This document shows, piece by piece, positions 26,857-39,350 of a DNA stretch of 64,000 nucleotides; the stretch's first letter is position 1, and each line of letters starts with the position of its first letter. The DNA comes from Vicugna vicugna (Eukaryota), in NCBI GenBank assembly GCA_013265495.1, contig MU058289.1, positions 2,355,451-2,419,450 on the forward strand, read 5' to 3'. The translations under genes were made by a program, and so were the position numbers. Below the pieces are notes generated by a model that worked only from the letters and a program-made list of their open reading frames with translations, ran no database searches and had not been told where the DNA came from.

Positions 26857-29800
26857 TCAGCAGACCAGCAGGGCTTCGTCGTCACTGGCCTCCAACACTG
26901 GGGAGCAAGGTGGTGGGGGGCTCCTGCAGACACCCAGTGACTCTGGTGGGTGGGGGCCCAGGGTGCTGCTGGCAGTGGGGGCTGGGGGATAAGGGTCCTG
27001 AGCGGAGCAGGACTCCCGAGGTGTGTCCACAGGGGCTATGCTGTCCACCAGAGGGGCCCTGCTGGCCTTTCTGTCCTTGTCCACTGGCCTGCACTCTGGG
27101 TCCCGCAGGCCCGAGGGGGGCAGCACAGAAGGCCCCACTTCTGGTGCATGGCTAGAGGTGCTGGAGGGCCCATCCCCAGCAGCCCCTGAGCTGCCTGTGT
27201 CCGTAAGGGGTGCCGGGGGGTCTGGGGCGGCCCCCGCTGCAGGCTGGAGGAGCCCGTCACCCAGCACCGTCTGTGAGGTGCGTGCAGCTGTCAGCAGCGG
27301 GATCTGTCCCCGTGGTGCCCGTGGCCGGTGAAAGAGCCGGTTCCAGAGGCGGCCGAGGCGGCGGCGGGAGGGACCGCGGCGGGAGGCGTGCCGGCGCATC
27401 TGTCGCCGCATGGCCGTGCGAAGGTTCTGTAGCACCGAGGCCTGGAGGGTGGGGCGGTGGCTGAGGGGGCAGAGGTCAGCACGACCCCCAAGGGACCAGA
27501 TACCCCAAGAGACCACCTGTCCCCTCCCCTGGCCGTAGCCTCCCATGTCACCCCATCCAGGCCTCATCTCCCACCTCGACCTCTGGACCAGCCTGGCCAC
27601 AGGCTCTCCAACCCAGCCCCTCAGCCTCCCCATCTAGGGCGTTCTCTGAGGTCCAGCCAGGGGATGGCCTCACTCCCTCTGGCTCACCTGGGACGCACTG
27701 TAGACAGGAAAGTCCTCCACGGGCGGAATGAGGCCCTGTGCGATGAGCTGCCCATAGGATGGTGGTGCCTCCCGCCGCACAAACTCAGCCTCCAGGCGTG
27801 TCATCTGGGTCTCAAAGGCCCTGAAAGCAAGGGCAGAAGGGCAGCATGGCAGGGTTGCCGGGATCCCACACCTCCAGCCTCCCACTGGGGCGGATGCAGG
27901 GGCTCGGAAGCAGGATGTGGGACCCCGCCCTTCCATCTGGACATCCTGAGGTGCCCAGACCCTGGTGTGCACAAGGGAAGCCCCGTGCGGATGGGCCGTG
28001 CCACAGATTCCAAACCCACTGCTGTAGGAACAGTGAGCCCTGAGCCTCCCTCCAGCGACTTGAAGAAAGCGAGGCTCTGGCCTTGACCCCAGGCCCGTCC
28101 GCCCACCTGTACTCCTGGGTGCGCAGTGAGTAGAGCTTGAAGGCGCAGCCCAGGGCGATGACGAGCAGCAGGCCGCAGACCAGGCTGCCGATGAGCGCGG
28201 CAGTGATGACCTTGCGGGGCACAGCCGCCAGGCAGCCATGCTCATCGCTGCCATCCTGGCAGTCCTCCTGGCCATCACAGCGCCACGTCTCAAAGATGCA
28301 CAAATTGGTGCCACAGTGGAAGGTGCCCGGCTGGCAGGAGAAGCAGTTCTTCTCATCGGCGCCATCAGGGCAGCTTTTCTGGTTGTTGCAGCGGTCGGCG
28401 GGTGTGTAGCACAGGCCACTGCCACCCTCGCAGGGGTACTGGTCGGGGGGGCAGGCAGGGCAGCCCTGTTCGTCCCGGCCGCTGGCGCAGTGCCACCAGC
28501 CATCGCAGCGCTGCGGCTCAGAGAAGCAGCCCTGCTCGCCCGTGTCTGCCACGTCGCCCTCGCTGCTGCTCCCGCACGGCTGCTCCCATGGAAGGCAATA
28601 GCCCTTCACCTGGTAGGTGGCATTGAAGCCGTGGCCAGCGCTGCGGGCACGGGCGTGGTAGGCCACGGTGAGGCGGCCCTGGGCAGCCTCGAGGCTCACG
28701 GGCCGGTGGTTGCTGCGGTAAGAGAGCGTCTGCAGTAGGCGGTCCCCGCGCTCGCCCAGGCCCTCGTACACCTGCACGTAGTCGTCATAGCCCAGCCGCA
28801 GCTCCAGCTGCAGCAGCACGCGCCGCGGGTCCTGCGTGTCCACCAGCCACGTGCAGTGAAGGTCCGAGGGCCCGCGGGCCGCGCCAAACAGGTCCGGGGA
28901 GGCGAAGGAGCCGTAGAAACTGCCCAGCCGCCGGCCGCAGGCCAGGTCGGGGCAACCGGCCTCGTCGGAGCCGTCGCCGCAGTCCTGCGTGCCATCGCAG
29001 CGCCGCTCGGCCGGCAGGCAGCGCGTGGAGCGCGCCCCACTGCAGGGGAAGGTGCCCCCGGGGCACAGGCTGCCCGGGGGCTCAGAGGCAGGCGCCGAGC
29101 AGTTGCCTTCATCCGAGCCGTCCCCGCACTCGTCCATGGTGTTGCACTGCCACGGGCCGGGCAGGCACTTGCCATTGTCACAGCGGAACTCGTCAGCCTG
29201 GCAGGATGCCTGGCCCAGCTTCCCTGTGGAGTGACGTGCATGATGGAGACAGTCAGGGGAGAGCAAAGCCACCCTCCAGAGCAGGGCCTGGGGCCAGCTG
29301 CGGGCGGGTGGTTCCCCCATCCCAGTGGGGCCTCTGCAGGGCCCAGGAAGAGGCAGGACTCAAGGAGAAGGGCCCCTGGACTCTCCATGGCCACCTGAGG
29401 TGCAGAGACCCCTCGAATGCCAGGGTGGACTCAGTTCCTGACCAGAGCCAGGGGTAAGTCATGAACCTCCCACTCTGGCCAAGACTATGAAGTGAGGTCA
29501 GTGACCTCGAGGGACTCCAAGTCACCCTGAGGCAGCAACCAGACCAGTCCCTGTCCCAATACTGGGCTCCAACTGACAGGTGTGCTGGGGGAGACCCTGC
29601 AGGGAATGGGCCAGTGAAGAATGCTGCCCACCCCCTTGGGAGCCCAGGTGCTCGCACTGAGGCGCCCTGCCCACCCTGCCGCTGGCATCACCTCGGATAT
29701 ACGAGAGCCGAAAGCCCTGGGCCTGGCCGGAGCTGGAGGCATCGGAGTGGAAGAAGATCCAGACGTGGTCCCGGGCGGAGATGAAGGCAGGCGGGATGGC

Positions 29801-32800
29801 GGAGCCACAGAGCCGTAAGGCCTCCTGGCGGGGCGGGGCTGCTGGGCCCAGCATGAGCCAGTCCAGGGAGCACTGGTGAGACTCCTCCACATCAAAGTTG
29901 CGGAAGCTGAGGGGGAGGAGAGGACCGCAGATGTGGGTGGGCAGGCAGGGCCCACATGACCAGGCACCGGCAGGGAACCTTCAAGGCTAAGCTCATGGCA
30001 AGGACGGCTAGCCCCACTGTCCCTCCTCTCCTCCACTCTCAGCCACTCCGTGGGCCCCGCAGGGGTCCGAGGGTGGCTCCATGAAGAATCAGGACAACAT
30101 GGACAGCCTGGGACACATGAGCCCCAGGACAGCTCTACGAAGGCCTCCCCTCATCCCTTTTCACCCTCTGTCAGCACATGCATGGCGCCTGCACCCCAAA
30201 GCCAAAGTGGAGGGGGTGTCAGAGCCCCATCGTAGGCAATTCCCTCCCCTGACTCTCTCCCCTGAAGAGCGAGGCCCAAGGGTCCAGACCCCGGCCACGC
30301 TGGCTCTGCTGGGAAGGACCAGGCACAAACTTCCAGGCCTGTGCACTGAGGGGAGCCATGCACATGGGGCTGGCTTAGGCCAGGGCGGGGCGGCAGCTTG
30401 TCACCTGGAGAGAAACACTGGCCCTGGACCCCCTGGCCCAGGCTGTGGGATGAGCAGGCCACAGGTCTGTGGAGTAGGAAGGTCCTAGAAGTTCCCAGGA
30501 AGGGTGGAGTCTTTGAAGAGACTTCTAGTGGCCACGGGACACTGAAGGTGCCCGTTAAATCCCTGTGCTTTTCGGGCTGTGGAGTGACTGGGGGCTTCTG
30601 GGCTTTGGCATTTAAGAGAGTGACTTCCCAGCCAACAATCCCCATGACCATTCCAGTCCAGGGGTCCAGCCTCAGCTCCATCATCTGATCACCTCACCCC
30701 GTTTCTCTCTGCACATCCCCGCAGCTCCAGCACCTGGGCTCCTGCCTGGTCCCCTCTCCTGCCGAGACTGCCCCAAGACCCCTGGGGAAACCCTGCTCTG
30801 GGTTTGGTGCTAGCCTGGCCTCAAGCCACCCCTGCAGGACAGACAGGACACCTGCACCTCCTCAGAGACAGCTGGACCATGCCCATCAGTCCCCAGGGCT
30901 CCCCTCCCTGGCAGGCCTGAGGTGACAGATAGCCCCACAAGCCCATGAGAGAGGCTCAGGGCAGGACGAGGCCCAGGTCTGGGCAGCCAGCCACAGAGGC
31001 CCCCACGCACACACTCACATGTACACAACTCACACATGTTCACACGTAGACTCATGCACATGCTCCACATATGAACTGCACACACACATGCTCCCACGTG
31101 CCCTCCACACCTACCCAGGCATGGGCTCGCACATGCACCATCACACTCACACACACACACATTCAGCAGGTGGAGGCCCACATTAGTTACCTCTGACACC
31201 CCCAGGGCTCCCATACCTGATGGTGATCATGTCCCCTCGGTCGCCCTGAATGTACCAGCTGCAGTTGGTGCCTGGAGGGTAGTTGAGGGGCCAGGCAGGG
31301 CTGTAGATGACACCGCGTCGCTCTGTGTGCTGCTCCAGTTTCCCGCTGCAGGCGGCTGTCAGGAGAGGAGGCTGAGACAGGCTGGCCTCACCTTTGAGTG
31401 GAAGGTGGGTGAGGGAGTGGGGCCCCAGAGACCCCACAGCTTAAGCACAGGCCTTCCCCAGGGTGGGATCACGAATGGCCAAGGGCAAGGCCACAACGCG
31501 AGACTTCATGGAAGTGATGCATATGGAGGGAGTGCAAGGAGGCCCCACATGGACTCAGGGCAGCTCACCCTGTGCCCCAGAGTCTAGGTCTTATCCCCCA
31601 TCCTGGGCAGGGCTGGGAGCGAGCCCACTAACTTCCCTTGGCACCTCGCAGGTGCGGCCTCTTGGCCTCAATTCAGTGGAGAATTCTGCAGCCATAGACC
31701 CGTTGGCCCCACACAGGTAGTGCCACTGTGGTTCCCCATCTGTCCCCCTCCTCTCACCCCAGGGCTGGCCAGATGCAGGCCTCAGCCCCAGAGGGGAGGC
31801 GCTTTGCTAACCCAACACATATTTACTGAGGACCTACTATGTGGCAAGCATGCTAGTAAGACAGGCAAAAACCCCGCTCTGTGGAGCTCGCAGGCTGAGG
31901 AAGGAGCAGACAGACTGTCTGCAGTTTATAAAACAGGCCTGGACAAGAGGGGCCGATGTCCTATTGTGGCTGGAAATGCAGGCTGGGTCTGATTGAACCG
32001 TGTGTGGCATTTGGGTTTTATCTTGAGTGTAAGTGGGAAGCCACCAGGGTTGGATGTCATAACCAGACGAGGAAACTGAGGCTCAGAGAGGGTAAGTGAG
32101 CTGCCCATGGCCACACAGCAGGTAAATGGCAGAGTCAGGGCCCACCCTGCTCCTCTAGCAGACTCGGCTCCTCACTGCCAGCCATGAGTCAACGCAGTGA
32201 TGAAGTGTAGACTGTACACTGTGGTCAGGGACGAATACAGAGCATCATGCCAACCAGCACAGGTGACCAGGCCATGCTTAAACCACTTCATTACACGTGC
32301 CCTCTGCTTCCCAGCTGAGGCCGCCCAGCCTGAAGGTGACAAACCCTGCCCCGGTGTGCCCTGGCCTTCCCAGGACAAGGCAAGGCCCTGCACTTAGCTG
32401 CAGCCACCCCTCACAGCCCCTGCACCTCTCCACCACACTTCATCTGATCTTCATGATAGACTGGCACAAGCAGAGCCCATTATACAGACGGAGAAACTGA
32501 GGCTCGGGGAGACAAACGATGACTTTTGCTGAACCCAGTGACTCCACCTCCACACTCTCCAGCTGTCTGGTCCCTTCCACTGTTGCCCTGGAAGAAGGGG
32601 TCTCTTTCTGCTGATTCACAAGACTCTTTGGAACCTCAAAGGGCTTGGCTGCGGAAAGGAGAGTGAAAGTCCTCTGGCTGCCTCCTAAGCTCTCAGGACT
32701 GTGCCCGTGGAAGTCTGGGTGATCCAACACTGTGACTAATGGTGAGTTAACCCCCAGTAACTGCTCACAGGAGCATCAGAGGACTGAAAAAGAAACACCC

Positions 32801-35800
32801 ACCCACCCCCGACGCTTTTAAAGCAAGGCTGACCACCCTCCGGTTGCCATCAGAGCCTCAGCAGTCCCGGGTCAGCGAGGCCCCAGCCAGGCCTGTCTAC
32901 TTGGCACTCACTGCAGCCTGGGAGGCCAGTCTCCCCGAGCCTCAGCCTTCTCACAGCCCAGGAGGGTAAGGACTACACAGAGTGGCGGCCAGGGGCCTGA
33001 GCAATGTGTTCCCTCTGACAGGTGAGGCCGCTGGCTCTGTGGGCCTCACAGAGACCCTGGGTGCTGACCTGGGGACACCCTGGGAGGAGTGAGGTTGTGA
33101 AACCCAGAAGAGGCTTCTCTTCCCACGAGGTGCTGGGTGGGAGGTGCGCAGGCACGGCTGGGAGCACATCTTCCCCCCACGTCAAGTCTCTAAAGCAAAT
33201 GCTAAACCTGGAACCAGAGGTTCCATCAGCCAGTGCGAGAGTCAGCCCCAGTCCCCCGGTACCCTTGGCCCGCAGAACGGGGCCTGGGGCAAAGCCATAC
33301 CTACCGTGGCCTGGAGGCTTTCCCTACTGGACAGAGCACTCACGGAGGCCAGGTTTCTCTCCACACTGGCTGGGGAAAGCCAGGCCCACGATAACCTGTG
33401 TCTGGCCCTTCTTTCACGAGTAGGGAAGCCTGTCTCCCTGGACCACCAACCTAGTCAGGAGCAGATGACTGGACAGCCCTGCTCTGTCTCTCAACAAAGC
33501 CCCTGACAACACGTCCCCCCAAACAGCCTCACCCCTGAGCGCCCCAGAAATTCCCACATAGGGGGCAGCAATGTCGGGCACTCACTCTTCACTCTTCTCC
33601 CATTTGCCCACTTAACCTTAATAACCACGGGCTCTGCAGCCACCAGCCTGGTCCAGGCAGAGTGACCTTGGAGCAGGAGGGAGGCCGGGGTCTTAGTAAG
33701 GAACTGGGAGCTCTGGGCAGGGCCTCTGACCGGATGCTGCCTGGCTGTGGGCCTGGAGGACATCACCAGCTCAGACAACCAGCCCCAGGCCTCTTTAGGA
33801 TGGCAGGCCTCACCTCGACTCCAACATCACCCCAGGCCCTAGGCACAGACGGGGGAAAGAGCTTCATGAATCCAGTCCTGGAGTCCACACTGCCAGATAC
33901 ACCGTTGCACCCTAGGCCTCACCTTGTCCATCAGTGAAATGGAGTCAGTAGGGGGCTGCTTATCTCAGAGGGTGGCTGGGAAGTCTGGGGAAGTGGCAGT
34001 CTCCAGGCAGACATTCATGCACTGGGGTGAGTTGAGGGGTATGCCTGTGGGAGGTTAGGGTAGTGATGGGGTGATGATGGCAGGCAGCGAGGGGAGCTGG
34101 GACACACTGTGGGGGAGTCAGATAGACTGATCTTAATTAGAGGCGATCTGTGTTCACTCAGACAGAAGATTCCTTGGCCCTCGGGTCAAGGTGGCCAGTT
34201 CAAGGGGACAAGTCATGATGACATTTTTTCGACCAGCATCCTTCTGGTCCAAAGAGTCACCAAATAATCTTGAGAGGACCCAAGTGAGGCCTGAGGGAGC
34301 ACAGTGTGCAGATCTGGTCTCCAGAGGTTATCAACACTCCAGACAACCTGCCTGGTGTGACCGATGGCAGGGAGCTGGGAGCCCCGCCCAAAGCTCTTGG
34401 GTGAAGCTGCCAGGTGAGCTGAGAACACCCTGAAGACTCTGGCCAGGCTCACCTCCCAGGCCACGGTGGCTGCGGGGCAGGGCCGAGTCCCGGTTGCAGG
34501 AGGTGGGTCATGTGACCCAGTGAGTGCCTGACAACCTGGGGCAGGATGGGGCTGAGAGGCAAAAACCTGTGAGTTCCTTGGGCAGCCCAGCTGGGCCCTC
34601 CCAAGGGTCCAAGTCCAGTGAGGGCTGGGAAGGGGCAGGTGAGACAGTTTTGATCCAGGCTCTACACAGCAGGAGTCGCAGGGGAGCCCTGCAACTGCAG
34701 AGTCACGGAGCTTTGTGTCCCAGGAGGCACCCCCTGACCACCCAAAGCTGGTCTCCTCTTCTCTGAGCAATGCTAGAGGGGGCAGACCCTGGCAGCCCCA
34801 GACCACCACCAGTGGCCACTCAGGCTGTGCCTGCAGCTTGGGACACCAGGGGGCGCCATGCACAGGCAACCTGGACCCTGCTGGCAGCCAAAGACCAGCA
34901 TGGACCTGGATGGCTGTCTTTTTCTCCCTGGCTCTAGGAGTGGACCTTGTCCCTGGAGATCTCTTTTCTAAACCTGGGGCAGATATGTTTGGAGTCACGT
35001 GCCCACCCACCACACCAGTAGGAGGGCTGGCCTGGGGCTCACATTTGTAAGAACTGACACCCCCATGTTTCCTCCCTCTCTGCTTCCGCCCCCACCCATG
35101 GCGACAGACACCTGACCCAGGTGAGGCCAGTCAGTCTTCTCCTGGAAATTGGAATGGGGGGACTGGGTGGTTAGCTGAGGGAGCCGGATGCCAGGCAGGG
35201 CTGGGGCTGGCTCAGTGCTGAGCAAGGCAGGGCCCTGGGCCAGTGGAGTCAGCAGAGGAGGCCAGGCTGCCGGGAGCAGGAGCTGGTGGGCAGGGAGAAT
35301 CGGAAGGGAGAGTGGGGATGCGTCTGAGACGGGCCCATGAGAGCAGCTTCTGCAAACCCCGGGCCTACCCATCCCAGGGACCCCAGCCAGCAGAGATCCG
35401 GCTCCCCTGAGCCAGCTTCAGTGGGTTTCTGCTGCAAGATGAGCTCTGAGCAGAACTAGAAATTTTAGGTACTAAGTCCTGCCAACTCTGCAGCTCAGCA
35501 GACATCAGACAAGTCCAAGGCCCCTAGACTGGGGACTGCACATCTGCCCCTGCTCACAAGGCCCTTTACAGCTGTCTCCCAGGGGCACCAAGGGCCACAG
35601 GGGCCTGGGCCTATGCATTTGCCAATCCCTGGCAGCACCCTCAACAAAGGGCAAATGCCCCTAATGGCCTCAGCTGCCCACCCACTCTGGAAGTCTTTGC
35701 TGTGTCCGGCACTAGGCCCAAACACAAAGATGGCCAGCGGATGGACGGACCCACTCTGACAGGCAGGAGGCAGCGGTGGAGTTCTGTGTTTTCTTAGATC

Positions 35801-38700
35801 CCATGTGTTTGTTTGGCATCTACTAATCACAGGGCCAAACTGTAGGCCAAAGTATTTACCTCCCTCCTGCAAACCAGCTTGCCTGGAACTGGTCTTTCCT
35901 GGGTACACCGGCTGGTCCAAGGCTGAGCCCCCACCCACTTTCTTATCTAACTCACAAACACGCCAACAATTCATCCCAGGGCCAGGTACCAGGCACCTAG
36001 AGACCACCCCTATAGCCCAGAGCCCTCCGGAATTATTCAAACTAGCCAATCCTAAGCTGTCTCCCCTGCTCTGCTTTCTTTCCCACCCAAACTCCAATCA
36101 AGGCTCTGGCCTAGGCCTTCTTCTCACTCCTGCATCTGCCTGACAAACCTGGTATTTCCCCTGTGGTCCGGTGTGGCATGGTGTGTTCCCTCCCACAAAG
36201 GCACGTAAACAACAAATTCCTGCATCAATGGCTTTGGCCTCTCTGTGTTGTCACTCAGCCATATCTTTATAAACTAAATCCCAGGTCTAATTTTAAAGCA
36301 AGCGGGCATCTCATGGTGCCCCCACGGCCCTCTGGGAACCCCACCGCCTGCAGGAAGCACAGTCTGTCAATTGTGTGGGCTGTGACAGTTTGCTAGTGGT
36401 ATTAGGCCACCATGTGCCAATGCTGTGCTGAGCACCTAACCCCATTTGCCCACTTAACCTTAATAACCAGGCTTTGGGGTAGGTCCTATTATTGCACCCA
36501 TTTTACAGAAGAGGAAACTGAGACTCAGAGAGGTGTAAGTGTGCCCAGTGTCAAACAGCTCCTTTGTGATGCAGAAAAGATGCCCAAGGACTGCAGTAGA
36601 AAGAGGCCAGGTGACCTCAGGGGTGCAGCCAGGATCCTGAAGGCTAGTACTCAGGGGTCACTAAACTAGAAGGTCAGGGAGGAAGGAAGGAGAGAAGTAT
36701 CTTACTCACCTAAAGCAGGAACCGCACTGCTGAGCCGCCCGGTGAGAACAATATTCACTGTGAGAAACACAAAGAGGGTTCAGTGGAGCAGGGGATAGTG
36801 GTGTAGGGGAGCAGGGTGGCTCTTGAGGTCCAGGCTCCTGGGGCCCAGGACAATACATCCCAAACTCCAAGCCAGTTCTCTTCATCTCAGAGGGTAAGGC
36901 CCAGAGCACTGCCACAGAGACTTCTGCTCCCACCCAAGATCTGCTGGATGAGCAGAAGCAAGAACCCCAGGGGATCTTAGGACCCACTCTGAACAGCCAC
37001 AGCCAAAGAGAGCAGGGCGCAAGCCTGGCTGCCCCAGACTTCTCCTGCCACTCCCCAGGCCTGGGAATTCTAACTCACTTGGGAGGGACTGTGTTTCTGT
37101 CTCCTCTCAGGCTTGGGAACCTCAGGCCTGAACCATCCTTCAGAAAGAGGCCCTTGCTCAACCCCATCTTGTAGAGCTTCCTCTTTCTGAAGGGCCTTGC
37201 CAGCCAGAGAGGGTGGGAACAGTTCTGGTTACCCCCATTTTACAGGCACTCACAGCTACGAGGGTTCAAGGTCCTCCTAACTGTGCCATGCTGACCTTGA
37301 GAAAGGAGGCAAAGAAGTTGCCCACCACCCACACCTTTCAAGTACCCACCACCGTGGGATTTGCCCTTTGCTTTCACCTACTGCTTTCCTGCAGGAGTTA
37401 TGGGAGCAGACAGAGGATATGGACAAACCCAACTTCCCAGGGTTTAGGGGAACATCAAGGATGCCAAGGAAAGCAGAGAGCATCTCTGCAGGGGTCAGCC
37501 CTCACCTGGTGAGGAAGCAAGCCCAGCTGCCCTCTGGCAGGATACCCATGCTTCATCTGGGCAGGGAGGGCCTTGGGGAGGCCAAAGGGCCTGCCCCCTG
37601 CCCTGCTCCCCCTGGGAAGCCCAGCACCCAGCAGCACATGACCACTGATGGATTGGGAAGTGGGCACTTATTGAGACCGGCTCACATAGCCAAGACATAG
37701 GCCTCCCCAAGCTCCCTGATTCTTAAGGGCAGAGGAGGGTGCAGCCTAAAACAAACAGGCATCTTTTTTGACTTTGTCATTTCAGGGGCTTCAACAAACC
37801 TATTGGGGTTACAGAGCCTTCATTGATGACACCATAGGGTGTCCCCTAATGACCCCGGGCTTAGATAATGGCCTCCCTCCTTCATCATGGTAAATAAAGG
37901 AGCCATGTGGCTTGAGGATTTAACTCCTTCCTTCCCCTCTCTCCCACATAGGGCCTTGGAAAGGTGGACAGCAAAACTCCTGCGTAGGGCTAGAGGGGTG
38001 CCAGGGCTGGACGGGTCCGGGGCCATCCATCCCCCTCGCACACCACCCTGGGCTGATGAGGCCTGCCCTGCTGGGTCTGAGAAGACACAAAGAAAAGACA
38101 GAAGTCTTTCTAGCAACCCCCTCCTGCTGGGCATCCAGATCCGGCTCCGGCTAGCACCCGCCCCCACCCCAATTCCGGGCAGGAAATAGTTCCTTCTTCT
38201 TCAGGGGGTGGCCGGCTCCAGCCCCGCCGGCCTCGCCTTTGTCCGCAGCTCCGGAGGCCCGGATCCCCCATCGCCGCCAGGCTAAGCGCGGGCAGGCCAG
38301 ACGGAAAACCACGGCTTGCCAACCCCAGGCGCCCGCACCCCAGTGGCCCACCCTGCGTACCGCTCACCCGGGTTGCCGGGCGCTGCTCCGAGCCGGGTGG
38401 GAGTCGGGGCTCCGCGGCCGGAGTCGCCCTCCCAGGCCTAAGACCCCAACAGGCCGGGGTTGTGGGAGCCTCCGTCTCTGCGGCCTCCGGCGGGAGCCCG
38501 CGCAATGCCCGCACCAGGAGCCCCCGCCGCAACCAGAGGAGCAGGGCGGGCCGGGGTCCGGCCAAGGCGCGGCGTGGAGCTGCGAGGCAGAGGACCAGAC
38601 CCCTCCGGGTCCGAGCGGCCCACTCACCCAGGCAGACGACGGCGAGCTGCGCCCGGGCGCCCGGCGCCCCCTCCGGCCCAGCAAACGCCCTCTTCTCCAT
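26857..38700 (-). CDS. LRP3: LRP3, low-density lipoprotein receptor-related protein 3 (2 CUB, LDLa repeats, TM, cytoplasmic tail), 7 coding exons, 769 aa
   Basis: Exons on -, all GT-AG: 38700-38628, 36757-36710, 31355-31217, 29906-29692, 29223-28107, 27820-27688, 27441-26857. Total 2310 nt, open. Translation MEKRAFAGPEGAPGARAQLAVVCLVNIVLTGRLSS...CSGKLEQHTERRGVIYSPAWPLNY, then LDLa DCGDGSDE repeats, TM VITAALIGSLVCGLLLVIALGC, a PPSY motif and the C-terminal acidic dileucine motif DDEALLVC. Confidence 0.98.
31005..31162. repeat. Degenerate (CA)n repeat in LRP3 intron 3
   Basis: cacacactcacatgtacacaactcacacatg..., read directly. Confidence 0.8.
35781..36300 (+). mobile_element. Solo ERVL-type LTR (MER73/MER74 group) in LRP3 intron 2
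   Basis: CCCAGGGCCAGGTACCAGGCACCTAGAGACCACCCCTATAGCCCAGAGCCC..GAATTATTCAAACTAGCCAATCCTAAGC motif; ends TTTTAAAGCA. Confidence 0.65.
36400..36570 (-). mobile_element. MIR SINE (other MIR cores near 1530, 13030, 32070, 32480 and 45420-45630)
   Basis: CCCATTTTACAGAAGAGGAAACTGAGACTCAGAGAGG core sequence. Confidence 0.75.
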
Positions 38701-39350
38701 GCCGGGGCCGGCCGCCCGCGGGCGCCGCCTCCTGCCCCGCGCCTGCGGCTCGGGCTCCGGCTCCGGCTCCGGCTCGGGGTCGGGCTCCCGCGGCGGCTGC
38801 GGCCCGTGTGCGGGCGGCGGCTCCGGTGGCGTCTTTGTGAGGCGGCGGTGCAGGCCCGCAGCGCGTGCGGGGCCACATCGGCCGCGGCGTCACGGGCCCC
38901 GCGGGGGCTCAGCGGCGGCCGCCGGGGAGGACCCCCGCCCGCCGCTGCCCCGGCGCCCTAGGCGCCGCGCCGCCGCCNNNNNNNNNNNNNNNNNNNNNNN
39001 NNNNNNNNCCCCGGCGCCCCCCAGCCGCCCCGCGCTGCGCCCAGCCCGCCCGGCCCGTGCCGCCGGTGGAGCGTCCGCGGGTCTGTGGGTCCTCCCGCCC
39101 AGCCCCTCGCCCGCCCGAGCCCGGAGGCCGCGCCGCGCCAGCCACGTGACGCCCCCGCCGAGCCGCAGTGGCGCTGGCAGGGCGGGTGCGGGCGGCTGGG
39201 GCGGGCTGGGGGCGCGCGCCCCGCCTCGGGTGCTGGACAGCTCCGCGCAGGCGGCCCCGGGCCAGTGCGCGCCCTTCTGCCCCTGAGCCTGGCTCTCCAG
39301 GCGGGCCTCCTCCCAGCCCGTGACCCGTTCTCTCCCGGAGCCGGCTGTGC
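38140..39350 (-). promoter_or_regulatory. LRP3 CpG-island promoter / exon 1, with E-box GTCACGTGGC (39141-39150) and GC boxes
   Basis: Extreme GC and CpG density around the LRP3 start codon; motifs read directly. Confidence 0.85.
38978..39008. other. Assembly gap (31 N)
   Basis: Run of N within the GC-rich LRP3 promoter. Confidence 0.99.
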
